A DNA stretch of 64,000 bases from Flaccisagitta enflata (lineage: Eukaryota): NCBI GenBank assembly GCA_965153355.1, contig OZ231126.1, forward strand, positions 3,410,001-3,474,000, given 5' to 3'. Position numbers and translations under genes: made by a program. Below the pieces are notes generated by a model. It saw only the letters and a list, made by a program, of their open reading frames with translations, was not told the origin of the DNA and did no database searches. Positions 12,223-36,719 of the stretch are shown in pieces; position 1 is the stretch's first letter; each line of letters opens with the position of its first letter.

Positions 12223-14668
12223 AGGAGAACAACCAACCAACCAACCGACTGATCAACCAACCAACCAACCGACATAGCGAGGTGTAGAGTTGTGTAGCAC
12301 GCAACTGAAAATTGGATAAGTTGATTTTGCTCCAAAAAAGGACGTTCGTTCAGTGTTATGCAATCCGCAAGATTTGAAGTACTCAGATCTGACATTCGGC
12401 ACGGTAAAACCGTCACACATTACCAACATTCAGAATTTGAATTTTAGCCCATGGTGGCACAATACCCCAACTTCCAGGCTTCAGTTTTTCTGAAAATTCC
12501 CCAATTGGGTGGGTCAAGATCCAAAAGTTCTTTTGATTACCATCCTGGCGTGAGAATACATCAATTCTAAAATCTTTTGCAACTTTATTTTTTTCAAATT
12601 CATGTTTTCTTTTTCCTTCAATCTTTTCTTAACTTTAAATATTTTTATATATAAAAAAAAAGACTTTTTTCTATAGAAATATAACAAAGCTTTATAAATT
12701 ATAACTATCTAGTATATAACTTCCTTGTCCTCAGAAACAAAGATCTTTATACAAAATTCAGTATACTTCAATGTAATTATTGAAAAATAAATCCCCATAA
12801 TATCTTATATTAATGGTCAAATCAAAAGTACTTTTGCATGTGTTTATTGACAAACCAAAATGCCCTATGCAGCTAGCTAGTTCAAACGTTTGGAAGGATT
12901 CAGATAAGGAGTCAGAAATGTAAAGAAAATGTGATCACCAACTTACAAAATCGCGACATAATTTTGTTTTCTGGAATCAAAAAATTAAATTATGAGATGT
13001 TTGAAACAACATTTCATTGAATAACTGGACTCAATCCAGTTTGCCACGCGTCTCCCATCACAACGAAACCAATAACAAAATGATAATAAAGTCTGTCATC
13101 AGGAGTATGAAAACAAAAAATAGTAACAATTATTTCACACTACATTGAAATGATTGAATTTCATAGATGCTCATCACCTATCAAAAAATTTAACCCTGAT
13201 GATAGACTCTACCAAACACAAATAGAACAGAAGTAAGCTTCAAAGCATCCAAGGTAATCATACTTGAAAATTAACAGCAGTTGAAAAAAGATCAAGACTT
13301 GAAAAATAACAGGTGACCCAGAGAAAAAGTGCTTTTCATTTCAATACAATCATATCTATAAGTTTGAAGTTTCAGTTAAAATTATGAAGCAATCAATATC
13401 ATTTGACCTATCAAACTTGAAAAAGATTGAAACAAAAACACTTTTAGGGACCAACCATCGACAATTTCAATCAACATAACATCATTGGTCTCTGCACCTA
13501 TTTCATAATTGCATAATATAACTTTGTGTATAAAAGAATCAGACCTTAAAAGCATTAACTGAGACCATACATCATAATCAACCACGTCTGAAAGACAAAA
13601 TGTATGTTAGCATGCTTGCAAATAAAGTACACATGCACCTGAGCATTTTATGCAATTTGTGTTTATCAAATACACTCTCATGGTACGGTAAAACCTGTTT
13701 ACAAACATTGCGCCAGTCAATTATGAACAATTTTATTGTCTAAACCGTCATATCACTGGAATCTCAATCATTATCAATGGGCATTCACAAAAAAAAAAAA
13801 CTCAGATCGAGGAGGCCAATGATCATCAATCAAATGATCATCAATCAAATTTTCATCATGTTGCTAAGAAGTTTTTTGCTGATTATCACTCCTATCACCA
13901 CGAAAATAAAAATAATCTTGTAAAGGAACAAGGATTAGAAAAAATGTATGATTTTTATGTTAGTTGTTAGTTTAGGTTAGTCATTTCCTTTGGTATACAT
14001 TGAACAAACAAACTAGCATTAAGATGGAATCAATACCTTTATGTTACACAAGGAAAATGCTCATTTAAAGAGCTTCAGTAATTAGTATGAACCCGTTGCA
14101 CTTTTTTTACAAAACTTGAACTAGAATTTTTTTAATGGTATAAATATAATCTTGAAATATGGATTAATTCTAGCGAATAAATAGGGAATGTAAAGAAAAT
14201 TATGTCTTACTGTTTAATAGGATTTTATCAATACCGTAAACTATATTGAACATTAGTAAATAGAATAGAATTAATACACAACTTTAGTATGGGTTGATAA
14301 AAGAGTAACACCAGAATTCTTGAGCATGAGCCAGAGTCTTACTAGGTGATCTACAAAACTTATTTTCTTTGAATCTCTTGTACCAAAAAACATGATAATC
14401 ATTATTTATTATTTTAAGTAAGTAGAATAAAGTGGCTTTTTCTTTATATTCTTATTCTAAAAAAGAAAAAAATCATTTTGGTCCACCCGGTAGCACAAAC
14501 ACATTGTGAAGTAAGTTTGGAGTTTGAAAAGTATCTCTTCATAAATGCATTTCAATTTCTTCAGGCAGTATTCAATTAGCCAACTGGGAGTTTATTTTCC
14601 TCTCCAATCAGCCAACTTTTAGAGTCACTAGTCATCAGTTAGCCATTTATATGTGTTGTTGTTAGTCA

Positions 14669-22927
<8,259 letters not shown>

Positions 22928-23879
22928 GATGGCCAAGGATATGGAGGAGGAAGAGGAAGAGGAAGAGGAAGAGACAGAAGAGGAAGAGACAGAGGGGGAA
23001 GAGGAAGAAGTGGAGGAAGAAGAAGAAGAGGAAGATATCGACAAGACGCTAGTAGGATGCTGAAGCGGATGAAGCAGTTGACGGCGTGCTGCAAGACACC
23101 GACGAGGGTCGTCGGGAAAGGACGGAAGTTGTTGACGGTGATGTTGAAGAAGTTGACGACGAACTTGAAGTTGACGTTGACGTGGATTCAGATGTGATGA
23201 AGAGGAAGAGGAAGTCGACGAAGGCAAAATGACTGACGGTTGTTGACGAGATTCTCATTGACTGATAAAATCCAAGTTGATGTTGTTGCTGTTGCTTCTG
23301 TTGCTGCTGATGTCGCTGTTGTTGTTATCTCCTTCATAACTCGAGTTAAGCAAGCTTAATTTACGTCTTCGTTCCGACGATCAAACTATTAATGTTTGAA
23401 GGAGCTGACATTTGTTGATCTTGATCCACTCGTTCATTTGCGGCTGGCGAAATTGTATGGAAGTTGGTTTGGCTGTTGGTGCGAAAATGCTCCTCACTCG
23501 AATCCGCGACGTTCACCAGATGTCGATATAATTACCTAAGAAAGAGATAGAGATTTATTAATCACAACTGGTCATAAATGGCCCGGCAGTGCATTACGGC
23601 TATTGATAAAGTAATAAGCATGATTAGCAATTGATTTCACCAACGACTGAGAGACCGTTGTTGATTGATTGATTGGTTGTGCTTTCATCCTATGTGAGGT
23701 CTGTCACATTGGTCACACGAGTAATATCTTAATGCAACGACTAAAAGCTCATAATCTGCAAAGAAATAACAGAAGATTCTGCACGGTCATGATTGGAGCT
23801 TTTGTTTGAGTGAGAAAAGCTTAGGTGCAACATGACTACGAATGCGGATGTCAGGGTTATGCCAAAAGCGACAAATTCA

Positions 23880-23910
23880 AAGAAAGAAAGAAAAAAAAAG
23901 TAAGTAAGAG

Positions 23911-23968
<58 letters not shown>

Positions 23969-23977
23969 GAAGAGAGA

Positions 23978-24068
<91 letters not shown>

Positions 24069-24137
24069 CAGAAAAAAAGAAAGAAAGACAGAAAAAAGAA
24101 AGAAAGGAAGAAAGAAAGAAAGAGAGAAGACGGAAAA

Positions 24138-24209
<72 letters not shown>

Positions 24210-24215
24210 AAAAAG
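23880..24215. repeat. (AAAG)n microsatellite
   Basis: Direct inspection. Confidence 0.95.
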
Positions 24216-24979
24216 GAAAGAACGAGAGTTGCTGCTAATGGTTTTCTCATTGCAATATAAACCCTTTTACTACCATCCAACTGAAACAACAAACACAACA
24301 ATTTCAGCAATTCATTTCTGATTTTCCTTTCTGTCTTGTTATTGTCCGTTTCTTTATATTTTTCTCTTTGTCTCGCGCCCCAGAGTGTGACGATCTCTCT
24401 TGCATCTTTTTTTTTTCTTTTTTTCTTTCATTCTTTTGTTCATTTTTTCATTCATTCTTTCATTCTTTCATTCATCAATTCATTCATTCATCAATTCATT
24501 CATTCATCAATTCATTCATTCGTCGATTCATTCATCGATTCATTCATTCACTCATTCATTCATTCATTCATTCATTCTTGTTCTCCTTTCTTTGTTTCCT
24601 GCTTTCACTTCTTAAGTCTTTCATTATTTCATTAATCCATTATTTCATCAGTTCATCATTTCAATATTTGAATAATTATATCAGTTATATATCACGGACT
24701 CACGACTCTATGAGAGGCTTTGTCCGTCCGTTAGTCCATTGGTCCGTTAGTTCGTCCATCCCTATGTCTGTAATAATGGAGTTGGAAAGTGTGAAGACGC
24801 ACGTTTGAGATGCGGTGGTTGTGCATGGAAGGTTTTACAACCCTGCCCACGACGATATTGTAACCCGTGTTACATTTTCTCTTCCTCCCTTTAATTTCTT
24901 ATTCTCTTCTTTTCTTATATCTGTTTCTGTTTCTCTCACTATTTCCATCTTCATTTGCTTCTTTCTTTTTTTCTTTTTT

Positions 24980-25026
<47 letters not shown>

Positions 25027-25344
25027 CTCTTTCTTCCTTTCTTTCTTTCTTTTCTGCTTTCCTTGTTTTCTTTCCTCCTTCGTTTTTCTCTTTCAATCTT
25101 TCAATCTTTCAATTTTTTCAATCTTCTTACCTTCTTTCTTTCTTTCTTTCTTTCCTTTTAATATGATTCTTTTCATAAAATAAGCCAGAAAAAATGCTCA
25201 TAATGAGAATTTAGGTAAATGAATAAATGACTAGATTGGACTGTGAGTTTGATTTTGTCTGTTTGAAAATAAGAGTGCTTAACATACATTATGATAATGA
25301 TTATGACAACGATGTTAATGCTAAAGTTAGATCCATGAAGATGG

Positions 25345-25421
<77 letters not shown>

Positions 25422-25775
25422 TCTATAAGCGATAAAAACAAACCGCTTAAAAGTAAGGCAAGAGAGATACTTTGTTTGCAACTATTTGTTGTTGTCGTGA
25501 TTGTGAGTCGGCCGCTCTTTTTCTGTACACGAAGGCCTTCATGAAGGGCGGCTATGGGCTTAGATACCAACACTCTCTCTCTTTGACTCTGTCTCACTCT
25601 CTCGTTAAATCTATGTCTCTATCTCTGTCTCTGTCTCTATCTCTGTCTCTGTCTCTCTCTCTGCCCCGCTTTTCCTTCCTTTTCTTTTGTTCTCATTGTT
25701 TGAAACAACAAAGAAATATCAATGGAGAGATTGCTAACCAGAACCGGCCGAAAGAATGCATCATGCCCGCCGTTC

Positions 25776-25912
<137 letters not shown>

Positions 25913-26389
25913 CTGCCTCCCTAACTGTCTCTCTGTCTATCTCTGTTGGTGTATGTCTGTTTGTCTTCCACTGGATTTCTCTCTGTTTCACAATCTCATC
26001 TGATTGTCCGTATGTGTCTGTCTGTCACTCTCTCTTTCCTTGTATCGTTATCATCTTTCTGATTGTTTCTTTGTGTGGCTTTGTCATTCTCACTCTACCT
26101 GTCTCTCGTTCTCACTTTCTTTGTCTCGGACATATTGTCCGTCCTTGTCTCTCTGTCCCTCTATCTATCCCTTTATCATCATCCTGTCTGTCTCTGTCCC
26201 TCTCTGTCTCCCTGTCTCTTACTTTCCGTCTTTTACTCCTTTCCTCTGTCATCGTCCTCCCTGTCTCTTTCCCTCTGTGTCTATGTCTCTTTCCCTCTGT
26301 GTCTATGTCTCTTTCCCTCTGTGTCTATGTCTCTTCCCCTCTGTGTCTATGTCTCTTTTCCTCTGTGTCTATGTCTCTGTCTGTCTGTC

Positions 26390-26458
<69 letters not shown>

Positions 26459-26780
26459 CTCTCGCTCTCTCGCTCTCTAGCTCTCTAGCTCTCTAGCTCT
26501 CTCGCTCTCTCGCTCTCTCGCTCTCTCGCTCTCTCTCTCTCTCTCTCTTCTTTACCCATGTATCCATTGGAATTCACGGTGGAAGAGTCGCGAATAGATT
26601 TCATTTAATGCTTTGATTTGGTTTTTCCTCTTTTTGTATCCTTTCATAAACGCCTCTATGTGGCTCTTTGGATTTTTATACGGCAAATTCTGATATAACT
26701 TATAATTGTTCTAGAAGCCCTACGGGGCATTGTATTAGATGGCGCTGAATGGCTCGACTACGAACCATGTTACCTGCTAC

Positions 26781-26876
26781 TGGTATGTCAATTGGTATGT
26801 CAACTGGTATGTCAACTAGTATGTCAACTGGTATGTCAATTGGTACGTCAACTGGTATGTCAACTGGTATGTCAAT
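26781..26876. repeat. 12-bp minisatellite (tggtatgtcaac) x8
   Basis: Direct inspection. Confidence 0.9.
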
Positions 26877-27102
26877 CGGGCACAACATCGTCATCCATCA
26901 ACTCTCGCGTTACGCTAACGGAAAGCTGTATAGAGTTGTTGTCAGGATGTTATTGCCAACTTCCAAGGAGTTTAGTCCGTTTGCGTCAATTTTCTCCTTC
27001 GGAATTGATACCATGCAAGAGCATGTACATGAGCATGAGCGTACAGACAGACAGAATACTGAGAATCGCGTGAGGCAGTAAACCACGCTCGATTGTAGGA
27101 TG

Positions 27103-27154
<52 letters not shown>

Positions 27155-28039
27155 CAACAGTGAGACAGAGACGAAGTCGAAGCGGTCAAAATATAACCGG
27201 AAATGAGCTCCGATGCGCGGAAGGATCAGTGACAAAAACAGTAACAATGACAGTGACAATGACAGTGACAAACTGACAATGTAGGTTTCAATGTACGGAT
27301 GGATGGATGGTGGATGGATAGATGGTGGATGGATGGATGGTGGATGGATGGCGAGGAATCAGTATGGGATTCGACGCACAGATGAATGGCTCATGTGGAA
27401 AATGTGTGGAATCAGTGCGGTAAAACTGCAATAATCAGGCTGGAAGAAAGCCTCTCGAAATCCTTTTACTAATTGAACAATAGTCCATTAATAGGCTTGA
27501 TAAGCTTAATCAGTGATGATCAGTTGGCGCTGTAAGTTCACATATATCATAATGCCAAAAATAACTGTTTAAATCAAGATATGACACTTAAGTTCTGATC
27601 ATTTTCTTAAAGTCATAAAACTGTTGGTGGAAAAAGGAAAAAAGGCTGTAAAGTGGCTGCATGATCTTGAAAGAATAGAACAAGGCCAAGTGAAGGCCAA
27701 TAAGTGCGCCTCGCTTGATTAAGATTTTGTGAATGAACGTTTTTGATGAATGAATGAATATATGAATGAATGAATGAATGAATGAATGAATGAATGAATG
27801 AATGAATGAATGAATGAATGAATGAATGAATGAATGAATGAATGTGGTTAGTCATGAAAGGTGATAGGAATGAAGAAATACGTCAGAATCAGTCGTTTTG
27901 CGCATTTCAAACGTTAGCGTGACCGACCGACCGACCGACCAACCGACCAACCGACGGACATGACCTCTTATAGAAGTGCGAGGACGCACTTAAAAATGTG
28001 GTAAAACTTTATGCTTCAATCTCATGGATGCACGAGAAT

Positions 28040-28090
<51 letters not shown>

Positions 28091-28180
28091 GTTGTGGGCA
28101 TGCCGTCACATAAATTCCTACACAGAAAGACTTAAACTCCCGCAGAGAACTGATTGTTGAGATACTCCAGCGTCAAGATT

Positions 28181-28226
<46 letters not shown>

Positions 28227-28348
28227 GACAGAGAGACAGGGACGGACGTAGACAGACACGGAGACACGGACAGAAAGACACCGATTCCGACAAAGAAAAG
28301 ACATGCAGACAGACGGACGCACAGACAGAGACAGACAAAGACAGAAAG

Positions 28349-28513
28349 AAACAAGGCTGGATACACGGCCAATACCAGTTGCGGACGGGTGGGCCTGGGC
28401 GGAAATGCGCGTTTTCACACTTTCCAACTCGATCATTACGGACGGACCGACGCAACGGACCAACAGACGGACGGACAAAGCTTCTTTTAGAGTTGAGTGT
28501 CCGCAACTAAAAA
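28349..28513 (-). mobile_element. Short Helentron/DINE-1-like element
   Basis: Reverse-complement copy of the 20855-21008 family. Confidence 0.75.
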
Positions 28514-28663
28514 GAAAGGAAGAGATCAAGAGTCAGCCAGTCGGTAAACAAAGTTAAGTTTGTCACGGATATTTCTAGGTTAGGAAATCTTTTGTCTTCA
28601 TGGTTTCAATTTCCAAAAACCTGATATAGATGGATGAGGGGATTTGTATACTCATGGAAAATG

Positions 28664-28726
<63 letters not shown>

Positions 28727-29475
28727 GACAGAGACCGCGAAAGAGAGACACAGAGACAGAGAAAAGAGACAGACAAAAAGACAGACAGACAGACAGACAG
28801 AGAGCCAAACAGAGACAGACAAGTTACTGAAAGAAAGACAGACAGACATATGGAAAGACAGACCGAGGCGAAGGCAGAAATGAACTGAATAGAAGGAAGT
28901 TGATGAGAGAAAAGGGAGGAAGGAGAGGAAGGAGAGGAAGGAAAAAGGAGGGGCCTAAAGAGACGAAGGAATGTGGGCCAAAGGGACGAACCAGTTAGAA
29001 GTCGCTGAGTCCATGGTGACCAAATATGAATAAATGGAATGATGTGTCAAAACGATAACTACCAACTAACTGCCTTCACACGCAATGTGCGCGCAATATC
29101 GTGTACAAGTCGTGCATCTCACAATTCTCACATTTTTACAATGATACGTCGCGCGCTTGTTAAAATGGAATCCGTGAGCTTGCGGAATCTTTGTTTTTTG
29201 TTTGTTTGTTTTGTTTTTTTTTTTGGGGGGGGGAAGTATTTTTTTTTATTTTTGTTCCGTGGTCTATGTTTTTCCCAGCTTGAAATTTGTTGACTGGGAG
29301 GGGATGGGAGATTGATTCAATAAATAATTTGCAAGGTATGAGCGCAATTTTGACTGCATGGTATTGGAATGGCACATTGGCACACTTGTGCAAAATGTTC
29401 CCATTCCCCTCTCCCTTTTTTTTTTTTTTTTTTTTTGTTTTGTCCCACGGTCCGTCACACTCAGTCTGTCCCAGT

Positions 29476-29509
<34 letters not shown>

Positions 29510-29635
29510 CCATGGAAAAAAAACTCGCATCTATAAAAAGAGGCTGAGTGGAACCATGTGGCATCATCCGGCTGCAACACTGCCAACACATAAGTGCTAT
29601 AAGTGAGAGAGAGCGAGAGCGAGAGCGAGAGCGAG

Positions 29636-29710
<75 letters not shown>

Positions 29711-30379
29711 TAGACAGGCAGACAGACAGACAGATAGACAGACAGACAAAGACAGACTTACACTGAAAGACAAACAGTGACAGAGGAAGATAAGGACAGA
29801 CAGAAAGACAGACAGACAGACAGACAGACAGAGCTTCCTTCGGATGTTCTCGACTGCCGCAGTTTTCGGTTACGAATGAGATAGAATTCTCCAACTTTGC
29901 ACGCGCGAGAGGATGTACTAATCAGTTGGTCAGTCGGTCCGCGGCGTATTGATTCCATCAGTTCACTCCTCAGTATGTTATGTCATGGATAAAACGTCCA
30001 TGCGATGGCGGGTATGTTTCAATGATACAGATTTCCTTATGTACAAGTCAATGAACTCGATGCTTCGAAGGGAAAAATACAAATCGAAAGAGATCGGGAG
30101 GGGAGCCGGCGCAGGTCAGAGAACTGAGATGACCACAGGAGACCGAGAGAAGATTACAGGGGGAGATCGTAGGGGGTTGTTTAGGGCCCACGCTACTCGG
30201 CTTTTAACTTTTGCCCTTTTAATGTACCCACGTGGAAAATTACAATCCAGAATGGGAATCTGCATTTGACTTGTTGATTTTCAAGCTTTCTTCCTTTGGT
30301 TTTGTTTTCTTTCGCTCAAGATTCATTTCTCCATGTCTTTTGAAAGGAAGGAAATTACGTTCGTTCGGGAAAAGGATTT

Positions 30380-30587
<208 letters not shown>

Positions 30588-32396
30588 TCCTCCGTTTGAT
30601 TTATTCATTCATTGACATTTTCCTTAGTATTATCACAGTTTCTATGAAGCACAAGTTCATGGCTTTTTCCCCTCACCATTCCCACTCTTACTTCTCCCTC
30701 TCTTTCTTACTTCTCTTACTTCCCTTACTTCTTCCTCTCTTCCTTACTTCTCTTACTTCCCTTACTTCCCTTACTTCTTCCTCTCTTTCTTACTTCTCTT
30801 ATTTCCCTTACTTCTTCCTCTCTATCTTACTTCTCTTACTTCTCTTACTTCCCTTACTTCTTCCTCTCTTCCTCACTTCTCTCGTAAAATCTTTTTCCCA
30901 CACTTTCCCAATTTTTTCCCCGGCATCCATTTTCTTGATCATCTCCCAATTTTTTTTTTCTCACGGATTAAAAAAGAAAACCTTTTTTATGAGAGGGACG
31001 CGTTTTGAAAAGAAAACAAAAACATGAGGATCGCCAATTCAGAGATGATGAGCATTGCATTGAGAATCACAAATACGACAAATACGGATCTCTCCTCTGT
31101 GTTATTAGGATCAACGTTAAGGATGAGAATCAAATACGGATCAATTCTTTGTGTAGACTGTTGAATTGTTGGAGTGTTGGACCCACTCTTTTGAATTCCA
31201 ATTCTACACCATCTAAATCCCAATTGTTCAGTCAAGTGACCATAAAACAGAATAACCATTGAAGAAGATCCTTTCATGGAATACTCTTTTTTAATGGAAT
31301 CTTGAAACTACTTTGACTCTTTTAACAGGGCTAGTATGAAAAGAACAAGCCCGACCAGGCAACGATGCGTCCTGACTGTGTCTCTGCGTGTATTGAATTT
31401 TGTACTTAACGTATGTGATGTTGTGAGGGGAGAAAAGATTCAGTGTCCTTAACAGGAGACCAAATCGCCTTTAAATGATTTTTGCATATTGCGGCTCTTA
31501 GCATCGATTTTCATTTATGTGGTCAAATAAAAGTGATTTATACTCTCAAAGAACTCTATTTAAAGCAATTATCATATGTGCTTGATGTTTCTAGTTTGTT
31601 GTAACAGGAAAGCTGATACTATAGGGTAGCAGCAAACCCTGATGACTTGACTTAAAATGAACAGTATCCAAAGAATTTGATTTAAAAAAAATCGAAACAT
31701 GGAGGTGGGTGGGATGGGGGCTAGATCAACTCAGGCACATAACCAGGATAGAGAACTGACTTTGAGGAATGGACACACGGACCGATGGACGGACGGACGG
31801 ACAGACCCTCTTATAGAGATGCGAGGACGCATCTAAAAAGGGTTGCGGGTGGTTGGTGAGTGATTTGAGATGGCTAGATGCGATTTAAGCAGAGGCGTAA
31901 CGGACACACGGACCGACGGACGGACGGACGGACAGACCCTCTTATAGAGATGCGAGGACGCATCTAAAAAACGTGTTTGATAACTGAATGAATGACTCAA
32001 TGAATGAATGAATGAATGAATGAATGACGATCATTGATCACGCACAATGACACAACGTCAACTAAAGGACATGAGGACATAAAGACAACGAATGACCATC
32101 AACACAACACAACACAACACACAACACATGTACCAAGCCACGCAGTATGCAGAGACAACTGATTGCATATGAGGTCATATGGTGACAACAATTTAACAAA
32201 ATGAAACCCCAAAACGATTACACGCAAGTTTTGGGATTTCTTTTTGGCATCACCACAATCAGTCTCACGGTCAAATTGCTTCACCCAAACAACTGCTGGA
32301 CCATCGTCCATTACCCACCGCCAACCCGCCATCGAGGCATCGACCACTATCCCACCACGGACAACCAAATTACCGACCATCGACGCCACAACTAAC

Positions 32397-32452
32397 CTTA
32401 TCTCTTCTCACCATCTCGTCCCTTCAAAAATAGATGATGAATCTGCATGTAC
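32397..32452 (-). other. Putative 5' UTR exon of cyclin B3
   Basis: Minus-strand acceptor ctttttttag|GTAC at 32452 and donor ATAAG|gttagt at 32397. It lies between a minus-strand donor at 36597 (ACAG|gtaatt) and the acceptor at 23535 (ctctttcttag|G) upstream of the cyclin ATG. Confidence 0.35.
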
Positions 32453-32753
32453 CTAAAAAAAGGTCATTTTTTGACCCATCTGAGCTTTAAATGTGCGAAC
32501 TCAGTCAAGTGGAAGATATTTGATCCACTAAAAAAAAGAATTCTTTTGCTTCTCTTTTGTCTTTTTGTGACCGAAATGCAAGGAAATTCTTGGCTTTAGA
32601 GTTGTTTATTCAAAATCATTCCATGTCCGTCAGTGGATAAACCGAAATACAGTCAGAAATTCTGCACTAGTATACATTGGTGTAAATGGTGTTACGTTTT
32701 GTGCTTGTGCAATGTGTGTTTTTTATGTGTGCACTTATGTTTTGTATGGTTGT

Positions 32754-32787
<34 letters not shown>

Positions 32788-33381
32788 TCACGTCCATTGC
32801 TCAGGTGTTACATTTTAGTGCACACATGGGCAATAATTTTGCATGAGTGTGCATGTCCATTTATACCCAATTTCGTTTATTTCATCCATCCATGTACATC
32901 CGTCGGTCACACATTTAATTTAATTTAGCACTTTTTAGCCGGGGTGGCTTCCAACGCCAGTCCTTCAGCCAGACTGCAAAACCACATAAAACTGGAGTAG
33001 TCGGTTTTTTTCTCAAAAGCTACTGTATTTTGGTCGCGTACAGTCGGTCTGTCAGCCGCGGTCGCTTGGTTGGTCAGTCCGTCCATCCACTCATATTTGT
33101 TCATCACTTGGTCACTTATTTGTTCATCACTTGGTCCGTCCATCGGACTGTGAGTGTCGTCAGTGAGGATAGAGTTGAAAAGTGGGAGACCGCGTAAGTG
33201 TTATGATTTAAGGTACTGCTGTTGTGTTTGTATGTAAAGGGTGTGGAATGGGATTGTATGCCCCTGCCCACCCATCTGCGACGATATTGTCACTCTTCCT
33301 TACTTGTTTGGTTACATTTGGTCCCAAAACCCTTCAAATGCAAGTAAAAAAGCTTTCGTTGAATTAAAAATGTCGGTCAGT

Positions 33382-33812
33382 TACTCTTTTTTTTTACAAG
33401 AACATCATTTCTTTTTTCGAAGGCTTCATGTTCTTATTTTCAAGGCCAAATAAAGCCTTCAACTTTCTTAGAGCGTTCTTAATTTCAAATACTATATAGA
33501 ATAAAGGTAACCTTATAATATACTATTGCTAAATAATACTTATCATATTTCTATTAAATACTGTTAAAACAAATACCAATTATTAAAATCTGGGGATATT
33601 TTCATAATATTTATTCAAAAATCATAGAATAGTATTTGAATTATACTAAAATTCAAGTGTTTTCTTAATGTTTTTTAAATATCATCGTAAGCAAAATTTT
33701 TCTCTTAAGATTTGAAGTCTTTGTATGTTCTTAAAATGTTCTTAATCTTAGGGCTATTTGATGCATTGATGTTCTTATAAACTAGGTTCTTATAAAAAAA
33801 AAAAAGAGTCTA
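33382..33812. mobile_element. MITE related to 18370-18787
   Basis: actcttttt..caagaac / gttcttataaaaa..agagt termini. Confidence 0.6.
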
Positions 33813-35121
33813 GTCTCGAAGAAATTCAAATTCGAGTGAGGAACATGTGTTTCCGAATAACTTTCCCGGTTATATAAGACGTCAAATCTGCCAGGGAAAA
33901 ATGAAGTGCTTCACCCCACTTTTGCATCAATAATGGACTAATTATCCATTCACAAATGTTTTCATTGCTCAAGTTGTCACTAGATACACTTATTATGTAT
34001 GTCTGTTTCATATTTTACGCTTTAAGTTGCCTTTTGATAAGCAATTCTCACGGCAAATGGCAAGAAAATGAAGATTTTTTTGTAAAGTTTTGTTGACATT
34101 TTTTTGTATTTTCTGAGTTCGAAATTATAAGAAAGCCACAACCAAAAGAATTTTGCATTTTCAAAAACATAGTTCTCTCTAAAAACAATTTGGGAAGAGA
34201 ACTATGTTCTTTGTTTTTTTATTTTTTCATTTTCTATGCAAACTTATAATTTCGACCAACCCATTGTCGGTGACAAAAAGGAAATTTGTAGAAATTTTCG
34301 GTAAATCTTCCTCAATAACATAGGCTAGATCTTAGTCTTTTGCTGAATGGATGCAAATTTTACTTTCATATATCATGCATGTCTTATCTCAATCATTTTT
34401 ATTCACTTGATTTTCTATTTACACTCATGTATATTTTCTATTTTTACCCTTTTTGATACCCTAAATGTTGGCTTCGTGGGCACGATGTCATAATTAGAAA
34501 AGGAGTGTAACAATACATACGATAAATTGAACGTTTTAAGGCAAATTACAGAATCATCCATTCGATCTTGGTTTTCTTCATGTGAACCGAACCCCTGTAT
34601 GAAGTTTTTGTTATTTTGTATTTTACAATCGAAACTTTTATCATTATGACAGAGGAAACAAACTGTAAACACTAAAAAAATGGCAATCCTAAGCAATAGG
34701 TTAACAAAATCGCTAATAAACTGATATCATTTTTTTGTATCTATATTTGTTGAGGATTACACTCTCGGGTTAAGCTTAAGATTAGATATGATTAAAGTTG
34801 TATGACATTGTGCTAGGTCTTTAAATTGAATAATCATTATAAGTTTTTATCTTTATTCCTAGATACACGGGTATCATGAGTGTGTGCAGGAGAGCAGGGG
34901 CAGTATTGAGATAAACCAATCAAGCACTTTTGCAGAAGCAGTGACACAAAATCTATTCTAAATAAACAAATGTAGTTGACAAACCAATAAACCAATTAGC
35001 ATCTAAGTAGAAGAACCACATAGCATTCTACAGAAAACATACAATACCAATAAAGGCGGCTAATCGCCGTAGGAAAAAAGTCGTAAATGCTGAGAGAAAA
35101 AAGAGAAAGAGAAAGAGAGAA

Positions 35122-35159
<38 letters not shown>

Positions 35160-35852
35160 GCAGGCAGACGACAAACAGACAGAGACAGACAGAGGAACAG
35201 ACAGACGGACAGACAGACAGAGACAGACAGACAAAGAATGAGACAGAGAGAGAGAGACAGATAGAGATACTTGTTTTTCCACTTTTGACTTGATCACAAT
35301 GGATAGACTGATGGACCAACAGACCAACAGATGGACTGACGGACGGATGGACAAAGCCTTTTATAGATTCTACAACTAAAAGAGTCAGAGACTTTGCTGC
35401 CAGCATACACAATCATCATCTGGGACAATTTGAAGTTCAAATACACTTCAATACCTTAATACCTCAATTTTTGGAAAAATGCAAAAATGCGGAAAAATAA
35501 AAAAAGATTAAAAAAATCATAGCACTAAAACTATTGATCGCACAGAATTCTGCTTGGCGTCATCTGAAAGAGGAGAATTAGCTCTTTCTTAGCAATTAAT
35601 TTCATGCGTAGTCTCATTTAGCCCCCAAAATTTCTCAACTTCCACAGACCACTCATGAGGAAAGAGGAAAATCAATTTCCGCCGTAGGTCTCAAAAAGCC
35701 GAAGGTATTCTTCGACTTTTGTCCAAATAAAGCCAACCCAAAACAGGTTCTTTTTCTCCAGATGCTATTTCATGTACTCTCGTTATGTGAAAAAATTATT
35801 TTAGTAAATGAGAAGATTAGAGAGTGAAGAGATGGCAAGATTGATGTATCAT

Positions 35853-36353
35853 TCGGGTGTGCCAATATGCAAAACATTATTCTATGAAGATATCACACTA
35901 GGACAACATGGGGCTACTAATTCAAACGCCCTCAACGTTTTTCTTTTTTCATATTTCACTTATTTTCCGTTTTTTTCAAAACCTCTGTTTTGTCCCTTAT
36001 TTGCATATCGTTGTAATTATGTAATTGACTAAATTTCATTTGCCGTGTTTCTTGAGGAGTTTGGTTCATTTTTTATGGCATCATGAGGTGTAAGACAGAA
36101 CAGCAGCCTACTTAATTTCATCTCATCAAAAATCTATAACTGTACTCTGTAGAATGGTCTTTCTTTGGGTAAATTTTCTGTCTCTTGGCAAACAAGAGTG
36201 CGGACAAATCATTTTATTTGGATCGCAAGAAAAAACGGTTGCCGATCTAATTTTGGAAAAAGGAAAACGGTCATCGTCTTGAAATCAAAATCCCCATCTT
36301 GAGTTAGTGTCACAATTCAGTAATCGGTCATCACCCCTATTTGGCACACCTGA
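35853..36353. mobile_element. MITE with 9-bp TSD, termini like 6728-7213
   Basis: TIR tcgggtgtgccaa / ttggcacacctga; TSD atgtatcat at 35844-35852 and 36354-36362. Confidence 0.8.
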
Positions 36354-36719
36354 ATGTATCATGTTGTTGCGCAATTTTTTTTGATTTTCTTCTGTGCAAA
36401 TAAACTACTTGTAAATGAGGAGAACAGACCATGAAGTCAAATTTATTTGTGATTCAACTTCAAGCAAGATTAGGAAAAACAACACTAAAACATAATTGAA
36501 ACACTCGGGTACAAATCAACAAGGAAATTCAATGCAAAGGCCCTGAGTGATGAGTGATGAGTGAAATCACAATGAGGATACATCAATGAAAATTACCTGT
36601 TCAGTTATCCATTGTTGTTAGGTGTCCATCTTGATTAAGAAACACCCTTTCATTTCAATCACAGCCATGAGTTGTAGCGTTTATTTATTTGTCTTTCCTA
36701 TGGAACTGGAGGATGGATA

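Noticed and set aside
22928-23258. N-terminal extension of cyclin B3
   Set aside because: No in-frame ATG between the stop at 23255-23257 and Met 22927; treated as 5' UTR.
31005-31262. 85-aa non-repetitive ORF
   Set aside because: No recognisable domain or supporting splice structure.
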